From Candidatus Peregrinibacteria bacterium (GTDB lineage Bacteria > Patescibacteriota > Gracilibacteria > UBA1369 > LOWO2-01-FULL-3): a stretch of 64,000 bases of DNA. Each line of letters begins with the position of its first letter. The stretch's first letter is position 1. This document shows positions 7,496-17,826 of the stretch, piece after piece. The position numbers and the translations under genes are program-made. The stretch lies in contig JAUYJL010000010.1 of the NCBI GenBank assembly GCA_030688025.1, positions 6,814 through 70,813 on the forward strand. Direction: 5' to 3'. The notes beneath the pieces are model-generated. The model made no database searches. It was not told where the DNA came from and was given only the letters and a program-made list of their open reading frames with translations.

Positions 7496-10400
7496 TTATC
7501 TTCTTTTTCTTGCCTCTTCCATCCTTTTCCTCAAAGCCCTTCTCTGTCCTTCCAAATCGGTAGGACCTTGGACTCTAGGCGCACCTTCTCCAGCACTTGG
7601 AGGAGCACCTTCTCCGGCACTTGGAGGAGCGTCAACCGGTCCGTCAAAAGTAGGAGCGGTCTTTTTTGTGCCATCTTCTCCGGCTTTAGGTTTTTCCTCA
7701 GCATCAGCCTTTTTTTTAGCCTCAGCCTTTTCCTTAGCCTTAGCCTCAGCATCAGCTTTTTCCCTAATCTTTTTAAATTTATCCGCTCTACCTCTCCCTT
7801 GTCCAAGTGCATTTTGTTCACCAGCCTTTTCTCCAGCACTTTTCCCATTTTCCACCTTCTGAGTTTCTTCTGCTTCCTCTCGTGCTTTTTCTTCCTCTTC
7901 TGCCTTAACCTCCTCAGGAGTCGGTGAACGCATATAACGATAGGCGCCGTATCCGGCACCACCTAATGCCCCCAACAATAGCGCTATTTTTAAAACATTC
8001 ATCCACTTTTTCTTTGCAGCACCTTGAACCTTAACATTTCCGGAAGCAGTCTCGGCAATAGCATCAATATTTACAATAGCATCGTTAGGATAATTTAAAT
8101 ATCTTAAGATTTCTTTAATCTTTGCTATTACAACGTCTGGATTATCAACAGACTCTAGGCCTAAACCTTTGATCGCTCTTTCTAGTGGCACATCTCTTAG
8201 ACCCATAAACCTAAATGCATTAGCTGTTAGATCGTTAATTATTCCAAGAATAGGCCCTGACCCATGAACAAAAGATCTATTGAAGCCATCTAGTTTTCCA
8301 CCCAAATAAAGCATGTTCAAAATTGAGCTGAAATGCTGATTAGCTAATTCCTTGTTTTTAAAGTTCAATTTTGCAAAAACATCTTTTAGCATACCAAAAA
8401 CATGAAACATTCTTTCTTTTACATCAGGAATAGATGCATTAGGTTTTAATCCATGAGCAGCAGTTAACCTAGCTAATTCTGCAACTAATCTTGCTCTCTC
8501 CGCATTTAATGTAACTAGATCTCTAGCCCCAAGTGCTTCAGCAATATCATTTTGAATCTTTTGGATTTTAGCTGCATTTTGTTTATATACATCCGAAGTC
8601 ATGTCCCCTCTGGAGGCAAGATCAGTTTTCTCTCTCTCTAATCTAGGCAGTTGTGTGGTCAGAGAAGATACTTTTCCTAAAACACCATCTATCTCAGCAA
8701 TTTTTTTGGCAACAGAAACTGCTTCATTTACAGCCGCAATATCAGGATCAGAACCAAACCTAGAATCAAATTCATGTTCAAACTGACTAGACAATCCATC
8801 ATATTCTGCTCTGCGCGCGGCAGCTTCTAAAGCTTTAGGATCTTGGGCAGGCACTCCCGGTGTACTTTCTCCAGTCGCAGGAAGAGTTTTTTTAGATTCT
8901 TTCTTGTTTGCTATAAGATCCCAGAGAATAAACACTGGCCCAAAAAAGAGCTTTAGTGCACCCTTAGATAAAGTAGGGTTTTTATGCCAAGCGGACTCAG
9001 TCATTCCCTTTTTGAATTGCCTAATAAATATGGGATATATAGATGAAAAGAGCCAAGCGCCTAAGAGCCAATCCTCCCAACCTAATTCACCACCAACTCC
9101 AGCCATAAGAATCTCAGGTTTTGCTCCGATAGCTTTAGCAAATTTCTTTCCCTTCTCAGGATCTACTTTCCCTGTTGCCGCATCAAAACCTACTTCTCGT
9201 GCAAGACCTTGTTGGTCAACAGCTACACTTGCGACAAGCTGTCCCTCGGTATTGGTAGTTCCAAAAATTCTACAGTATTGCTTCACCAAATCAGGCAAAG
9301 AAGCATAAGCCGTTTTTAATGCACTTATCTCTTCAGGCTTTATTCCAGCCTTTTCCATGTTTGCAAAAATCGAATCTTGAGATGTTGTAGCAACATCAAC
9401 ATCACTTAAATCTTTGAGTGCTTCCCCTGCAGTCTTAGCTTCAGGATTCATAACAACAGTTCTTGAATCTTTAGAAGCATTCGGTCTTTCCGCAATAGAT
9501 TTTGCAGTAGGGGATTCAAATGCAGCCGCCACAGGTCTTTCCGCAGGCGGAGTAGCTGCTTCAGGCGAGAATACCCTAAGAACCACAGCAAGAACCTTAG
9601 CCGTAATCAATTTTCCGAGAAAATCAGATTGTTTTCTAAATAGATCCATTGGCATCTCTGATTTTCCTCTCGCAAAATCTCTCGGCGCAATGTCCAGATT
9701 ACTCACTGTATCTACAACTAATTGTCTTTCTGATTGGCTCATCATTCTTTTACAAGTTTCTAAAAATTTCCTTGCTTTTCCCTCCGGTAATTCCGAAGTA
9801 AACAATAATACATCTTCCACAGTTAAAATCAAGACCTTTGCTTTTTCCATCTGAGCAAGAGCCTCATCAAAACCTCCCACCTCGAGCTTACTCTTAAGCA
9901 TATTGATAAGTCCCTCTCTATCAATAAATTCACCTTTTGCGTTTTTATAAGTACCAATTAATCTTTCACGTACACCTTGTGGCAGAAACTCAGGAACCTT
10001 TCTTGCAAGTTTTCCAACTCCGTGAAATGCACCCTTGAATCCCGCCGCCATAAGGTAAGATTTGCCATATTCAAGCAAAACGGCTTCTATGGCTCCTCTT
10101 TCTTCTTCAGAAATAGGTTTACTTCCGTCTGTAGGATGAATCTTCTCCTTTAGATATGAGCCAAGCATGATAGCCGCGGCATCAAAATTTAAATCTACGA
10201 CAAGTACACCGATAGCCTTTTGTGCAAAAGGATCTGAGATCTTACCTAAAACACCTCTGTATTGAGCACCAATAATATTAACATTCTCTATTGCTCTTCC
10301 AAATATTTGTGCAATTTCTTTTGGTAATCCACCCTTCTCCAAAGCCTCTGCCATTGCTAGAATAGCTTTCCCGGGACTTGATTTTGCTAAAGCCAAAATA

Positions 10401-12604
10401 TTTTTGATAGATTTAGCATGTTCAGGATATTTCTTAGCAGCTGCCATCAATGCTTTAGCTTCTCCACTCACTCCCATCTTGGCAAATCCTGCCGCATAAT
10501 GAGCTCCTCCTAGAAGTGCAAACATAGGCATTTCTAAAGCAAGCATTATCCCGGCTTTTGCCCAGTCTCCTTCCACAAGTGCCGTTCCGGCGATTGTTGC
10601 TTCTCCATGTAAGAATGCATTCACATCATAAAATGCTCCAGCCTCGACAGCCACAGTCCCTGTAAACATTGCAGCTTCAGCGGCATATCTGGCCATCATT
10701 GTAGCATTTTTTATCATGCTTAATCCTCTTATCCCGGCAGTAGCCAATCTAGCCGCAACACCGACTCCGACAGTAACAATCATAGCGGCAGCCATGATCA
10801 AAACTTCTTTTGTAACACCTGAAAGTAGAGCTCTTCCTTCATCGCTAAGTTTGTAGGGGTCGTTATTTGGATCTGTTGAATCACAGAATTCCTCATAAAT
10901 CTTCTTATCAACTCCAGATATAGGAGCAGCTTTCATATATTTATCCGAAAATGCCGTCAATGTAAGATAATTATCATACAAAGACATATGTTGAGATTCA
11001 AAAAGAGAACTGAAAAATCTACCATAAGCCGCATCAACTTGAGCATTGGCAGGCATTTTATGATTGTCTTTTAAGTATCTTTTTTTGAAATTTTCACGGA
11101 AATTTTCTCTAACATCTCCATTGCTCAACATGCTTGTAATACTTTTACGGGCGTCGTTATACGCTGTTTTATAAAGTTTCTCTTTGACTTCAGGTTCCAA
11201 TTTTTCTCTTGCCGCCATGACATCCTTATGAAGAAGTTTAGCCATAAGTCCACGAGCAGACATATGATCGTCAAAAACATTTCTTTGTATCCAAGCGATT
11301 GCAAATCCGGCCATTTTTACCTCTGACATATCATTAAGAGATTTTCCTGACAAAAGCTTGAGTAATTCAGTCCTATAAAGCATGCCGCTAGTTCTTGCAG
11401 GAGAAAGAGCAATCTTCTTTACCGCATTCACAAAATCTTTTAAACGACCTCCAGACATAAGAGGCGCAAGTTCTGCCTCTAAATTGAAAGGAGTTTTTCC
11501 ATCATAGTCTTCATTTGTATAATATCCCACGAGATCATCTTGTAGGTAATTCAATTCTGCTATTACTCGATTGGACACCTTGGAATCAATTTTTCCAGCT
11601 TTAAGAAGTGTCTCCGCCAAATCACCAATCAAAGCGATTGAATTTAGCTGCACTTTCATAGCTTCAGGCATTTCCAATTGCACTTCTGCTCCCTCTTTAT
11701 AATCAAAAAGTACAACATCTTCAGAATTAAAACTCGCGACTGAAAGACTTTTGTGTTCTCTTTCAGATACACGTTCACTAGCAGTTCGTGGTCCTTTGAA
11801 TTTTTTTCTCTTTTTACCTTCAAGTTTAGCGGCGGTTCCTTCTGCCAAAAGCGTTCTTTTTTCTCCGAAAAGGCCTGGTACTTGAACTGAGTTAGCTTCA
11901 ACAAAATCAAGGACTTTGATCTTTTCAGCTGAAGTGATAGCTGGATTCGAAACCAAACTTGTGTAAAATTTAATTGCCAAATGTCCCTTAATCTTTTCTT
12001 TGGCACTGGCAACTTTTTTGGCTTCCGAACCATCAAGGATTTGGTCTGCATATTCATCTAGCAATGCATCTAAATTTGAAAAAACATAATCGAAATTTTT
12101 TAAAGTTCCTGGATCATTTTTGGTGACAGTTTTTCCCAATTCAGAAATCATTTTCGCTATCGTATACATTTTCTTTAATCCTGCCTCTCCAAGCCAGTCA
12201 AAATCTATCAAATACGCAAATTCAAAATGATCTTTCTCGTGCGACAATTTTGCTTCAAAAGACTTATCTGTCAGCGTTTTTGCATGCTTAGAAAGCTCAG
12301 TCAAGGCTAATCTCACGTAAACAGTAGCTTCTTTCAAATCATAATTCGAACCGAGTACTCCGGCTTTTTTAATAAGATCGTACATAGACTTTACGTCTTC
12401 CTCCGGCCATTTCCCCGGATGATCTTTAAAGAAATTACTAGTAAAATGCCCCACCTCTAATAAACGTGTGGCGATATCTTTTTTAGACAATTTCCCAGCA
12501 TCTTTCTCTGCATTATCAACAAAATCTCCAAAATAAACAATACCCTGCTTTAGAGACAATAATATTTCTCCGTTCTGCCTTATTTTTAATCCTTCTTTTC
12601 CCAT
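7496..12604 (-). CDS. Giant (1702 aa) hypothetical membrane-associated protein
   Basis: Long ORF with Gly/Ala-rich hydrophobic helices mid-protein, further TM segments, coiled coils and an APPSAGEG repeat. Confidence 0.85.
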   Translation of the reverse strand: MGKEGLKIRQNGEILLSLKQGIVYFGDFVDNAEKDAGKLSKKDIATRLLEVGHFTSNFFKDHPGKWPEEDVKSMYDLIKKAGVLGSNYDLKEATVYVRLALTELSKHAKTLTDKSFEAKLSHEKDHFEFAYLIDFDWLGEAGLKKMYTIAKMISELGKTVTKNDPGTLKNFDYVFSNLDALLDEYADQILDGSEAKKVASAKEKIKGHLAIKFYTSLVSNPAITSAEKIKVLDFVEANSVQVPGLFGEKRTLLAEGTAAKLEGKKRKKFKGPRTASERVSEREHKSLSVASFNSEDVVLFDYKEGAEVQLEMPEAMKVQLNSIALIGDLAETLLKAGKIDSKVSNRVIAELNYLQDDLVGYYTNEDYDGKTPFNLEAELAPLMSGGRLKDFVNAVKKIALSPARTSGMLYRTELLKLLSGKSLNDMSEVKMAGFAIAWIQRNVFDDHMSARGLMAKLLHKDVMAAREKLEPEVKEKLYKTAYNDARKSITSMLSNGDVRENFRENFKKRYLKDNHKMPANAQVDAAYGRFFSSLFESQHMSLYDNYLTLTAFSDKYMKAAPISGVDKKIYEEFCDSTDPNNDPYKLSDEGRALLSGVTKEVLIMAAAMIVTVGVGVAARLATAGIRGLSMIKNATMMARYAAEAAMFTGTVAVEAGAFYDVNAFLHGEATIAGTALVEGDWAKAGIMLALEMPMFALLGGAHYAAGFAKMGVSGEAKALMAAAKKYPEHAKSIKNILALAKSSPGKAILAMAEALEKGGLPKEIAQIFGRAIENVNIIGAQYRGVLGKISDPFAQKAIGVLVVDLNFDAAAIMLGSYLKEKIHPTDGSKPISEEERGAIEAVLLEYGKSYLMAAGFKGAFHGVGKLARKVPEFLPQGVRERLIGTYKNAKGEFIDREGLINMLKSKLEVGGFDEALAQMEKAKVLILTVEDVLLFTSELPEGKARKFLETCKRMMSQSERQLVVDTVSNLDIAPRDFARGKSEMPMDLFRKQSDFLGKLITAKVLAVVLRVFSPEAATPPAERPVAAAFESPTAKSIAERPNASKDSRTVVMNPEAKTAGEALKDLSDVDVATTSQDSIFANMEKAGIKPEEISALKTAYASLPDLVKQYCRIFGTTNTEGQLVASVAVDQQGLAREVGFDAATGKVDPEKGKKFAKAIGAKPEILMAGVGGELGWEDWLLGAWLFSSIYPIFIRQFKKGMTESAWHKNPTLSKGALKLFFGPVFILWDLIANKKESKKTLPATGESTPGVPAQDPKALEAAARRAEYDGLSSQFEHEFDSRFGSDPDIAAVNEAVSVAKKIAEIDGVLGKVSSLTTQLPRLEREKTDLASRGDMTSDVYKQNAAKIQKIQNDIAEALGARDLVTLNAERARLVAELARLTAAHGLKPNASIPDVKERMFHVFGMLKDVFAKLNFKNKELANQHFSSILNMLYLGGKLDGFNRSFVHGSGPILGIINDLTANAFRFMGLRDVPLERAIKGLGLESVDNPDVVIAKIKEILRYLNYPNDAIVNIDAIAETASGNVKVQGAAKKKWMNVLKIALLLGALGGAGYGAYRYMRSPTPEEVKAEEEEKAREEAEETQKVENGKSAGEKAGEQNALGQGRGRADKFKKIREKADAEAKAKEKAEAKKKADAEEKPKAGEDGTKKTAPTFDGPVDAPPSAGEGAPPSAGEGAPRVQGPTDLEGQRRALRKRMEEARKRR
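7581..7630. repeat. 24-bp tandem repeat encoding APPSAGEG x2
   Basis: GCACCTTCTCC(A/G)GCACTTGGAGGA occurs twice in tandem. Confidence 0.85.
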
Positions 12605-12625
12605 ATTAATATTTTATTCATTGTT

Positions 12626-13639
12626 TTAATTATTGAACCATTTAAAATCACGTGCTGTTTTTTCTTGTGGTTTTCTTGCCGCATCTGACTGGGCATCATT
12701 TAAAAGAAGTGCAATAGTTTCTTGATTTTTCGCGTATAAAGCCTTGTCAGTAGCGCTAAAAGATGATTTGGCAGCAAGTAATAATTTTGCTTTATAGTAA
12801 TTAATTTTATCTATTTCTGTATTAAATTCATTCACTCTCCTCACATACCAAGTGACATTTTTAATTAGAAAAGCCTTATATTTTTTAAGATTGAGTTTCA
12901 CAGGTCTACTCTTGTCAAATGTAAATCTGCCTATATAAGTGCCGGAAGCAGGAGGCCATTCTCTTTGTTGGACCATTGGGGTCGGTCTTTCCGGGCTGTC
13001 GGATGATAATTTTTCCAAGGCATCCAAATCAGCAATGTCCTCACCTAGTCCAGTTTTGATATCATTATATTCATCAGTGCCGACAGGAAGTTTTTTCATA
13101 GCCCTTTTTCTCCTTGCAATTCTAGCTCTTACTTCAGTTTTTTCTTTTTCCATATCCAGGCTCTTTGCACGTTTTTCCATAGACTCAACATAATCACATT
13201 CATTTATAAGAGGAAGATACAAGTCTTTTAGCTCATCCATTCTTAGGTTTAAGCAGGCAAGACTTATATCATAATCTACTAATGTATTTAATGTGTCATT
13301 GGTTGCAGAAAATTCGATTTCATTCCCATCAGAAGCCTTTTTAGAAAATAAGGGGTCCAATTCATCATATTCAGGTAGATTTTTAAGATCTCCTGCCATA
13401 ACTTTATCAGCTGCTTTTTGCAAAAGGGCATCGCCTACATCAAATCCCTTACTAAGAGCTCCGACAGCCTTATTTGCAACAGTAGTCGCAACATCGATCA
13501 GTTTAGCGCCTGATTCAAACATTTTCCCAATACCTTCTCCAGCTTTTGATAGGCCAATAACAATCTCCGTAAAAAGAAAGACAAATCTATGTTCTTTGTG
13601 GAAATTTTTTTGTGAATTATTTAAACAAGTTAGATGCAT
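12626..13639 (-). CDS. Hypothetical coiled-coil protein
   Basis: 337-aa ORF immediately after the upstream stop; N-terminal KEHRFVFL leader. Confidence 0.8.
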   Translation of the reverse strand: MHLTCLNNSQKNFHKEHRFVFLFTEIVIGLSKAGEGIGKMFESGAKLIDVATTVANKAVGALSKGFDVGDALLQKAADKVMAGDLKNLPEYDELDPLFSKKASDGNEIEFSATNDTLNTLVDYDISLACLNLRMDELKDLYLPLINECDYVESMEKRAKSLDMEKEKTEVRARIARRKRAMKKLPVGTDEYNDIKTGLGEDIADLDALEKLSSDSPERPTPMVQQREWPPASGTYIGRFTFDKSRPVKLNLKKYKAFLIKNVTWYVRRVNEFNTEIDKINYYKAKLLLAAKSSFSATDKALYAKNQETIALLLNDAQSDAARKPQEKTARDFKWFNN

Positions 13640-13640
13640 A

Positions 13641-16600
13641 TTAGAAAAGATTTAAGTTATCAATAAATTTTCCAGATTTTATTTTGAAAAGCTCCCATGT
13701 TGTTTTTTTCTCAAAATATTCATCCCAAGTGTCTTCTCCTGCAATGCGGTCACTTAAAATTTTCTTAACTTTTTCAGTAATAAATTTACGCTGTATCGAT
13801 TCAGTAATAACAGTATTATTTTTCCTAGCAAATGTAGCTAATTCCTCTTCCAAATTTGTGGTGTCTCCCCAAAATACATTATTTTTAATTTTATATTTAA
13901 GAGAAAAAGGAGGAGTCTGTAATCCTGCAGAAGGAGAAGGGGTCAACGTTTCAAGATTTAGGACATAAGATTCGTCTTGAAGTTTCTGGAAACGCGTAGC
14001 CTTAGTGGAGTTCGCCTGCGGCAAATAATCAACGAACTCTCCTTTTAATTTTACGATACCTTTTCGAAGTGCGTTATAGAATTCCTTTTGCAATTGAGTG
14101 TGTTTTATCGTCTCAATAGTGTCGTCATGTTCATAGTTGTCCAATAAATCAAGATAAAACTCATATTCTTCGTCAGTACTTATTCCCACGGTATGCTCTT
14201 CGGTGTCCTTAGATAGTACAACGTTGTTCTTATTATATTTTTTTCTTTGTCTTGTCGATTTTCCTAACCACGCATCAAAAGTCACATAATCTTTGCTCAT
14301 CTTAAGCGCCCCCGTCTCCACCAAAATCTCACCTCTCTCATCATTACCTTCAGGATCCTTCAATGTTACTCCAACGGTTGCATATTTCGGATTTTTCCAG
14401 TCTTTACTAAATGTGCCCCAATCATCAATCTCCCAGAAAGGACCTCGTTGTGGGACTTCATCCGGCATTTTGTCCTCGTTCAATTTCATGAACATTCTTT
14501 CGGCGACATAGTTTGTGTAAGCCGCACGTTTCTTGTAATCCACGCTGTCTACACTAGACCTATCCATACCAACTACATCCATCTTATATGTATACGCCGC
14601 AAACACGCTCACTATCTTTGCCGCTTTGTTTACACGTCCCGGAATGATTCCATCCTTGCCATATTTCATGAAAATAGAAGAAGCGAATGCCTCATACCAT
14701 AGAGAATAAGTGTTACTCTTCACGGCAAGTTTTGAAGCACCGTCCAAAATCTGGGTTTTGAATTCCTCCGAAGTCATTTCTTTTCCGTCACGCTGATTTT
14801 GTTCTTTAATATTTGATAATTTCTGAGTTAATTTCTGAAGTTTAAAGGCAGAGGCCTTTATATCTGAATCATCGTCCATAACTTTTGCCGCTTTATCAAG
14901 GCTTCCACCGGTGGCAAGGCCAGCCACAGTTTTGGAAATCAAAAATTCCGCCTGCGCATCAATCATCGCATTCGTATAATTTTTTGGAATAGATCCTGAA
15001 AATTGTTCGAGCTTAAATCCTCTGAACCATCTGTCAGAAGTGGCATCTTTCCACCAATTTGGGACATTCTTAAACAAATTATACATATATCCCTCAGGAA
15101 TACCATCCAAAACATTCCCAAACCTCTCCACCTCTTTTTTCCATTCCGTATTCTCTTTTACCGCATTCTCCGCAAGTTCTCGCAAGAATCCGTAATTATT
15201 AACATCGAATAGTTTCGCCTCCGCACCTGCTTCAGCAAATACATATCTTCCCGTCGCTTTATCAAGTTTGAATTTAATCAGAACTTTGCTGTCTCCGGCA
15301 AGAACGTCAAATGAACCGTCGGCATCCATATTTTGCCCTTTAAACTCAAGTTTCTTCGCCTTATATAGGAAGAAGAAAGGTTTCATGTCGTCTTGTCTGC
15401 ATAATCCAGCCATCACAAGATTTCCCAAAAGCTTACTTCTGTCTCCGGTGCTATCAAGGTTGATAATCAATTCGCCATCTGTCATCCGATATACCTCGAC
15501 AGTCGAACCGTCTTTTGAAACTTTCAAAAATACATCCATCGTCTCTTCTTTTCCAAGCATAGAGCCTGCTTTCACAGTCAATCTAGAAACAAATTTTCCA
15601 CTAACATATTTTACTTTTTCCAAATCCAAAGATTCTTTAGCTGACTTATTTAATTCTTCAACTACCTTAGTAAATCTGCCAATTACAGAATCTTTTAATT
15701 TCTCAACCTGCTCATCCGCGTTTCCTTCAAAAGGAATTTCGCATAATGCTTGAGTCACCGCATCCGGATTCCCGCCCGCTCTATTATAGTCATCACGTGA
15801 GAAAACTACATATTTTTTATTAACACCGTCTTCTCTTATTACTACAGGGAAATTCATGACTTGAGCGCTGTACACTCCGGCCGATATAGGTTTATTCTCA
15901 GCCTCAAAATCCATTTGTTTGTCCTTAAATACCGCATCAAATCTTCTCTTCATTCTGAAAGAAGCAACACTTAGTCCGAGAGAATCCAATATTCCGCCGG
16001 AAAGTCTTTCTCGTCCGCTTTGCGCTATACCATTAAATACCATCGCAAAACTCATCACCGTTGCATCTTTCAAATCAGGATCTTTACTCAAAGCTTCCTC
16101 AATAATAAGTCCGTTTCTTGGTTTTATATATTTGTCATAAGATTCTCTTATAGCCTTTGCAATTTTATAAATTTCTCTTCCAACACGTCTATATTCCTCC
16201 TCTTTAGATGTCAAAGGGCCATCTTTACTAAGGACACTTGCAGACAGTCCTCTAAATTGAGGAAAATGTCCTGGAAGTTGATTTGGATCAATGGCTTTGA
16301 TGTCCCCACCATGTGGTTCAAAATATAAACCGTTTAAATCCGCTACACTTAAGCCACCTATATCAAGTAAAACTCTTCCATCTAGATCTTTACCTTCAGG
16401 AACTAGATTTAAATGATAGAAGTTTGCAAGGGCGGTTCCCCTTACTTCATCTTCAGAAGCTGTAATTCCAAGTGCTTTAAGAGGATCATATCCTGCATTC
16501 TTAGCAAACATATTTGCCGCATACAAGAAACCTGCCGCATAAATACCGGTCTTTGTCCAGTCGGGCGTTTTTTCCCATATTTTCATCGCTCCTTTATACG

Positions 16601-17720
16601 CCACGTAGCCGGCAATCACGTAGACTAGAGCTGTCCCCCAATCTTTTTGCTTTATAGCATCCTGAAATTTTCTTACATTATCAGTAACAAATTTTATACC
16701 TGTAGCCGCAATCTTATCCTGATCTTTTCCTTGATTTCTTTCATTAGCGGCGGTTTGAAAATTGTCTTGTGTCTTTAAAAGAGTTTTAATCGCTACAAAG
16801 AAACTTACCGCAGAGGCAAGGGCTTTATCTCCGATTTTTCTTACATTTGCTTCGGGAGCCAAATATACTTTTTTCTTTTCTTCGACAGACGAGTACATCT
16901 TTTCTTCTCCCGGTTTCAGAGTCTTAAGTTCATTAGGATCAGAAAGCCTTGCAAGTTGATCAAAAATATTATTGAAAAACGGTGTGTCTTCATAAATCTT
17001 AAGATTCGTCCAATCTTTTTTCAAAGCATTAAGTCCAGACGCTGAAGTGATACTCCATGTGTCAGCATTGATTTGGAATTTACTCCTGAGCTCTGAGATT
17101 TTTGCCGAATCAAGACGACTGACCAAACCATCAAAAAATTTCTTTTGTCCTTCATCAAGGTCTTTCACAAGCTGTTCCATATCCATCTTCGCCACATCCG
17201 CCTCAACTCGAGGATCTTTGTATTCTTCAAGCATTTTCATTTCCCTCATTAAAGCTTCCTGCCTACTTCTCATACCCATCAATTCAAGACGAATAGCCGC
17301 AACTTGTTTGTCATAAGCATCTTTTTTTATGTCATAATCTGCTTTATCTTGAGCATATTTGTCTATTGCTTCCCGAAAAGCAACTTTACCCCGATGCATT
17401 CCATCAACCTTCTCAGGATCAACAGGTACGGGAATTTTCTTAAAATCCTCAACCACCTTTGCTAATTGTTGTTCTTTCTCCTCCGATTTTTTAGAAATAA
17501 CCCCTAACTCTTCTGAAACCTTTTCACTTCTCTCAGTATTTTCTTTAGTTCTTTTCTCGCCTGCCTCGACTTTCTCATCTACTTTCGCCCCCTCACCTGC
17601 GCCTGCCTCGGCCCCACCGTCCGCAGACGTATCCCCAGGCTTAAACATAATAACCCTATTCTCCTTCACAAGGCTGAAAGGGAATTTTAAGCTTAAAATA
17701 AAGTTTTTTTCGTTCTTCAT
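13641..17720 (-). CDS. Giant (1359 aa) hypothetical protein with a two-helix hydrophobic hairpin
   Basis: KENRVIMF leader, coiled coil, hydrophobic pair WGTALVYVIAGYVAY / GIYAAGFLYAA. Confidence 0.85.
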   Translation of the reverse strand: MKNEKNFILSLKFPFSLVKENRVIMFKPGDTSADGGAEAGAGEGAKVDEKVEAGEKRTKENTERSEKVSEELGVISKKSEEKEQQLAKVVEDFKKIPVPVDPEKVDGMHRGKVAFREAIDKYAQDKADYDIKKDAYDKQVAAIRLELMGMRSRQEALMREMKMLEEYKDPRVEADVAKMDMEQLVKDLDEGQKKFFDGLVSRLDSAKISELRSKFQINADTWSITSASGLNALKKDWTNLKIYEDTPFFNNIFDQLARLSDPNELKTLKPGEEKMYSSVEEKKKVYLAPEANVRKIGDKALASAVSFFVAIKTLLKTQDNFQTAANERNQGKDQDKIAATGIKFVTDNVRKFQDAIKQKDWGTALVYVIAGYVAYKGAMKIWEKTPDWTKTGIYAAGFLYAANMFAKNAGYDPLKALGITASEDEVRGTALANFYHLNLVPEGKDLDGRVLLDIGGLSVADLNGLYFEPHGGDIKAIDPNQLPGHFPQFRGLSASVLSKDGPLTSKEEEYRRVGREIYKIAKAIRESYDKYIKPRNGLIIEEALSKDPDLKDATVMSFAMVFNGIAQSGRERLSGGILDSLGLSVASFRMKRRFDAVFKDKQMDFEAENKPISAGVYSAQVMNFPVVIREDGVNKKYVVFSRDDYNRAGGNPDAVTQALCEIPFEGNADEQVEKLKDSVIGRFTKVVEELNKSAKESLDLEKVKYVSGKFVSRLTVKAGSMLGKEETMDVFLKVSKDGSTVEVYRMTDGELIINLDSTGDRSKLLGNLVMAGLCRQDDMKPFFFLYKAKKLEFKGQNMDADGSFDVLAGDSKVLIKFKLDKATGRYVFAEAGAEAKLFDVNNYGFLRELAENAVKENTEWKKEVERFGNVLDGIPEGYMYNLFKNVPNWWKDATSDRWFRGFKLEQFSGSIPKNYTNAMIDAQAEFLISKTVAGLATGGSLDKAAKVMDDDSDIKASAFKLQKLTQKLSNIKEQNQRDGKEMTSEEFKTQILDGASKLAVKSNTYSLWYEAFASSIFMKYGKDGIIPGRVNKAAKIVSVFAAYTYKMDVVGMDRSSVDSVDYKKRAAYTNYVAERMFMKLNEDKMPDEVPQRGPFWEIDDWGTFSKDWKNPKYATVGVTLKDPEGNDERGEILVETGALKMSKDYVTFDAWLGKSTRQRKKYNKNNVVLSKDTEEHTVGISTDEEYEFYLDLLDNYEHDDTIETIKHTQLQKEFYNALRKGIVKLKGEFVDYLPQANSTKATRFQKLQDESYVLNLETLTPSPSAGLQTPPFSLKYKIKNNVFWGDTTNLEEELATFARKNNTVITESIQRKFITEKVKKILSDRIAGEDTWDEYFEKKTTWELFKIKSGKFIDNLNLF

Positions 17721-17826
17721 TTGTTTTGGTTTTTGTATTTATCAGATAATTATACCAAAAAATCTTCAGTTTTACAATACTAAAAATAATGGTAGAATAC
17801 ACCCACGTAAATTTAAAAACATCACA

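Noticed and set aside
17359-17826. N-terminal extension of trigger factor in the ORF track
   Set aside because: It overlaps the 1359-aa gene antisense; Tig homology starts at the ATG at 17827.
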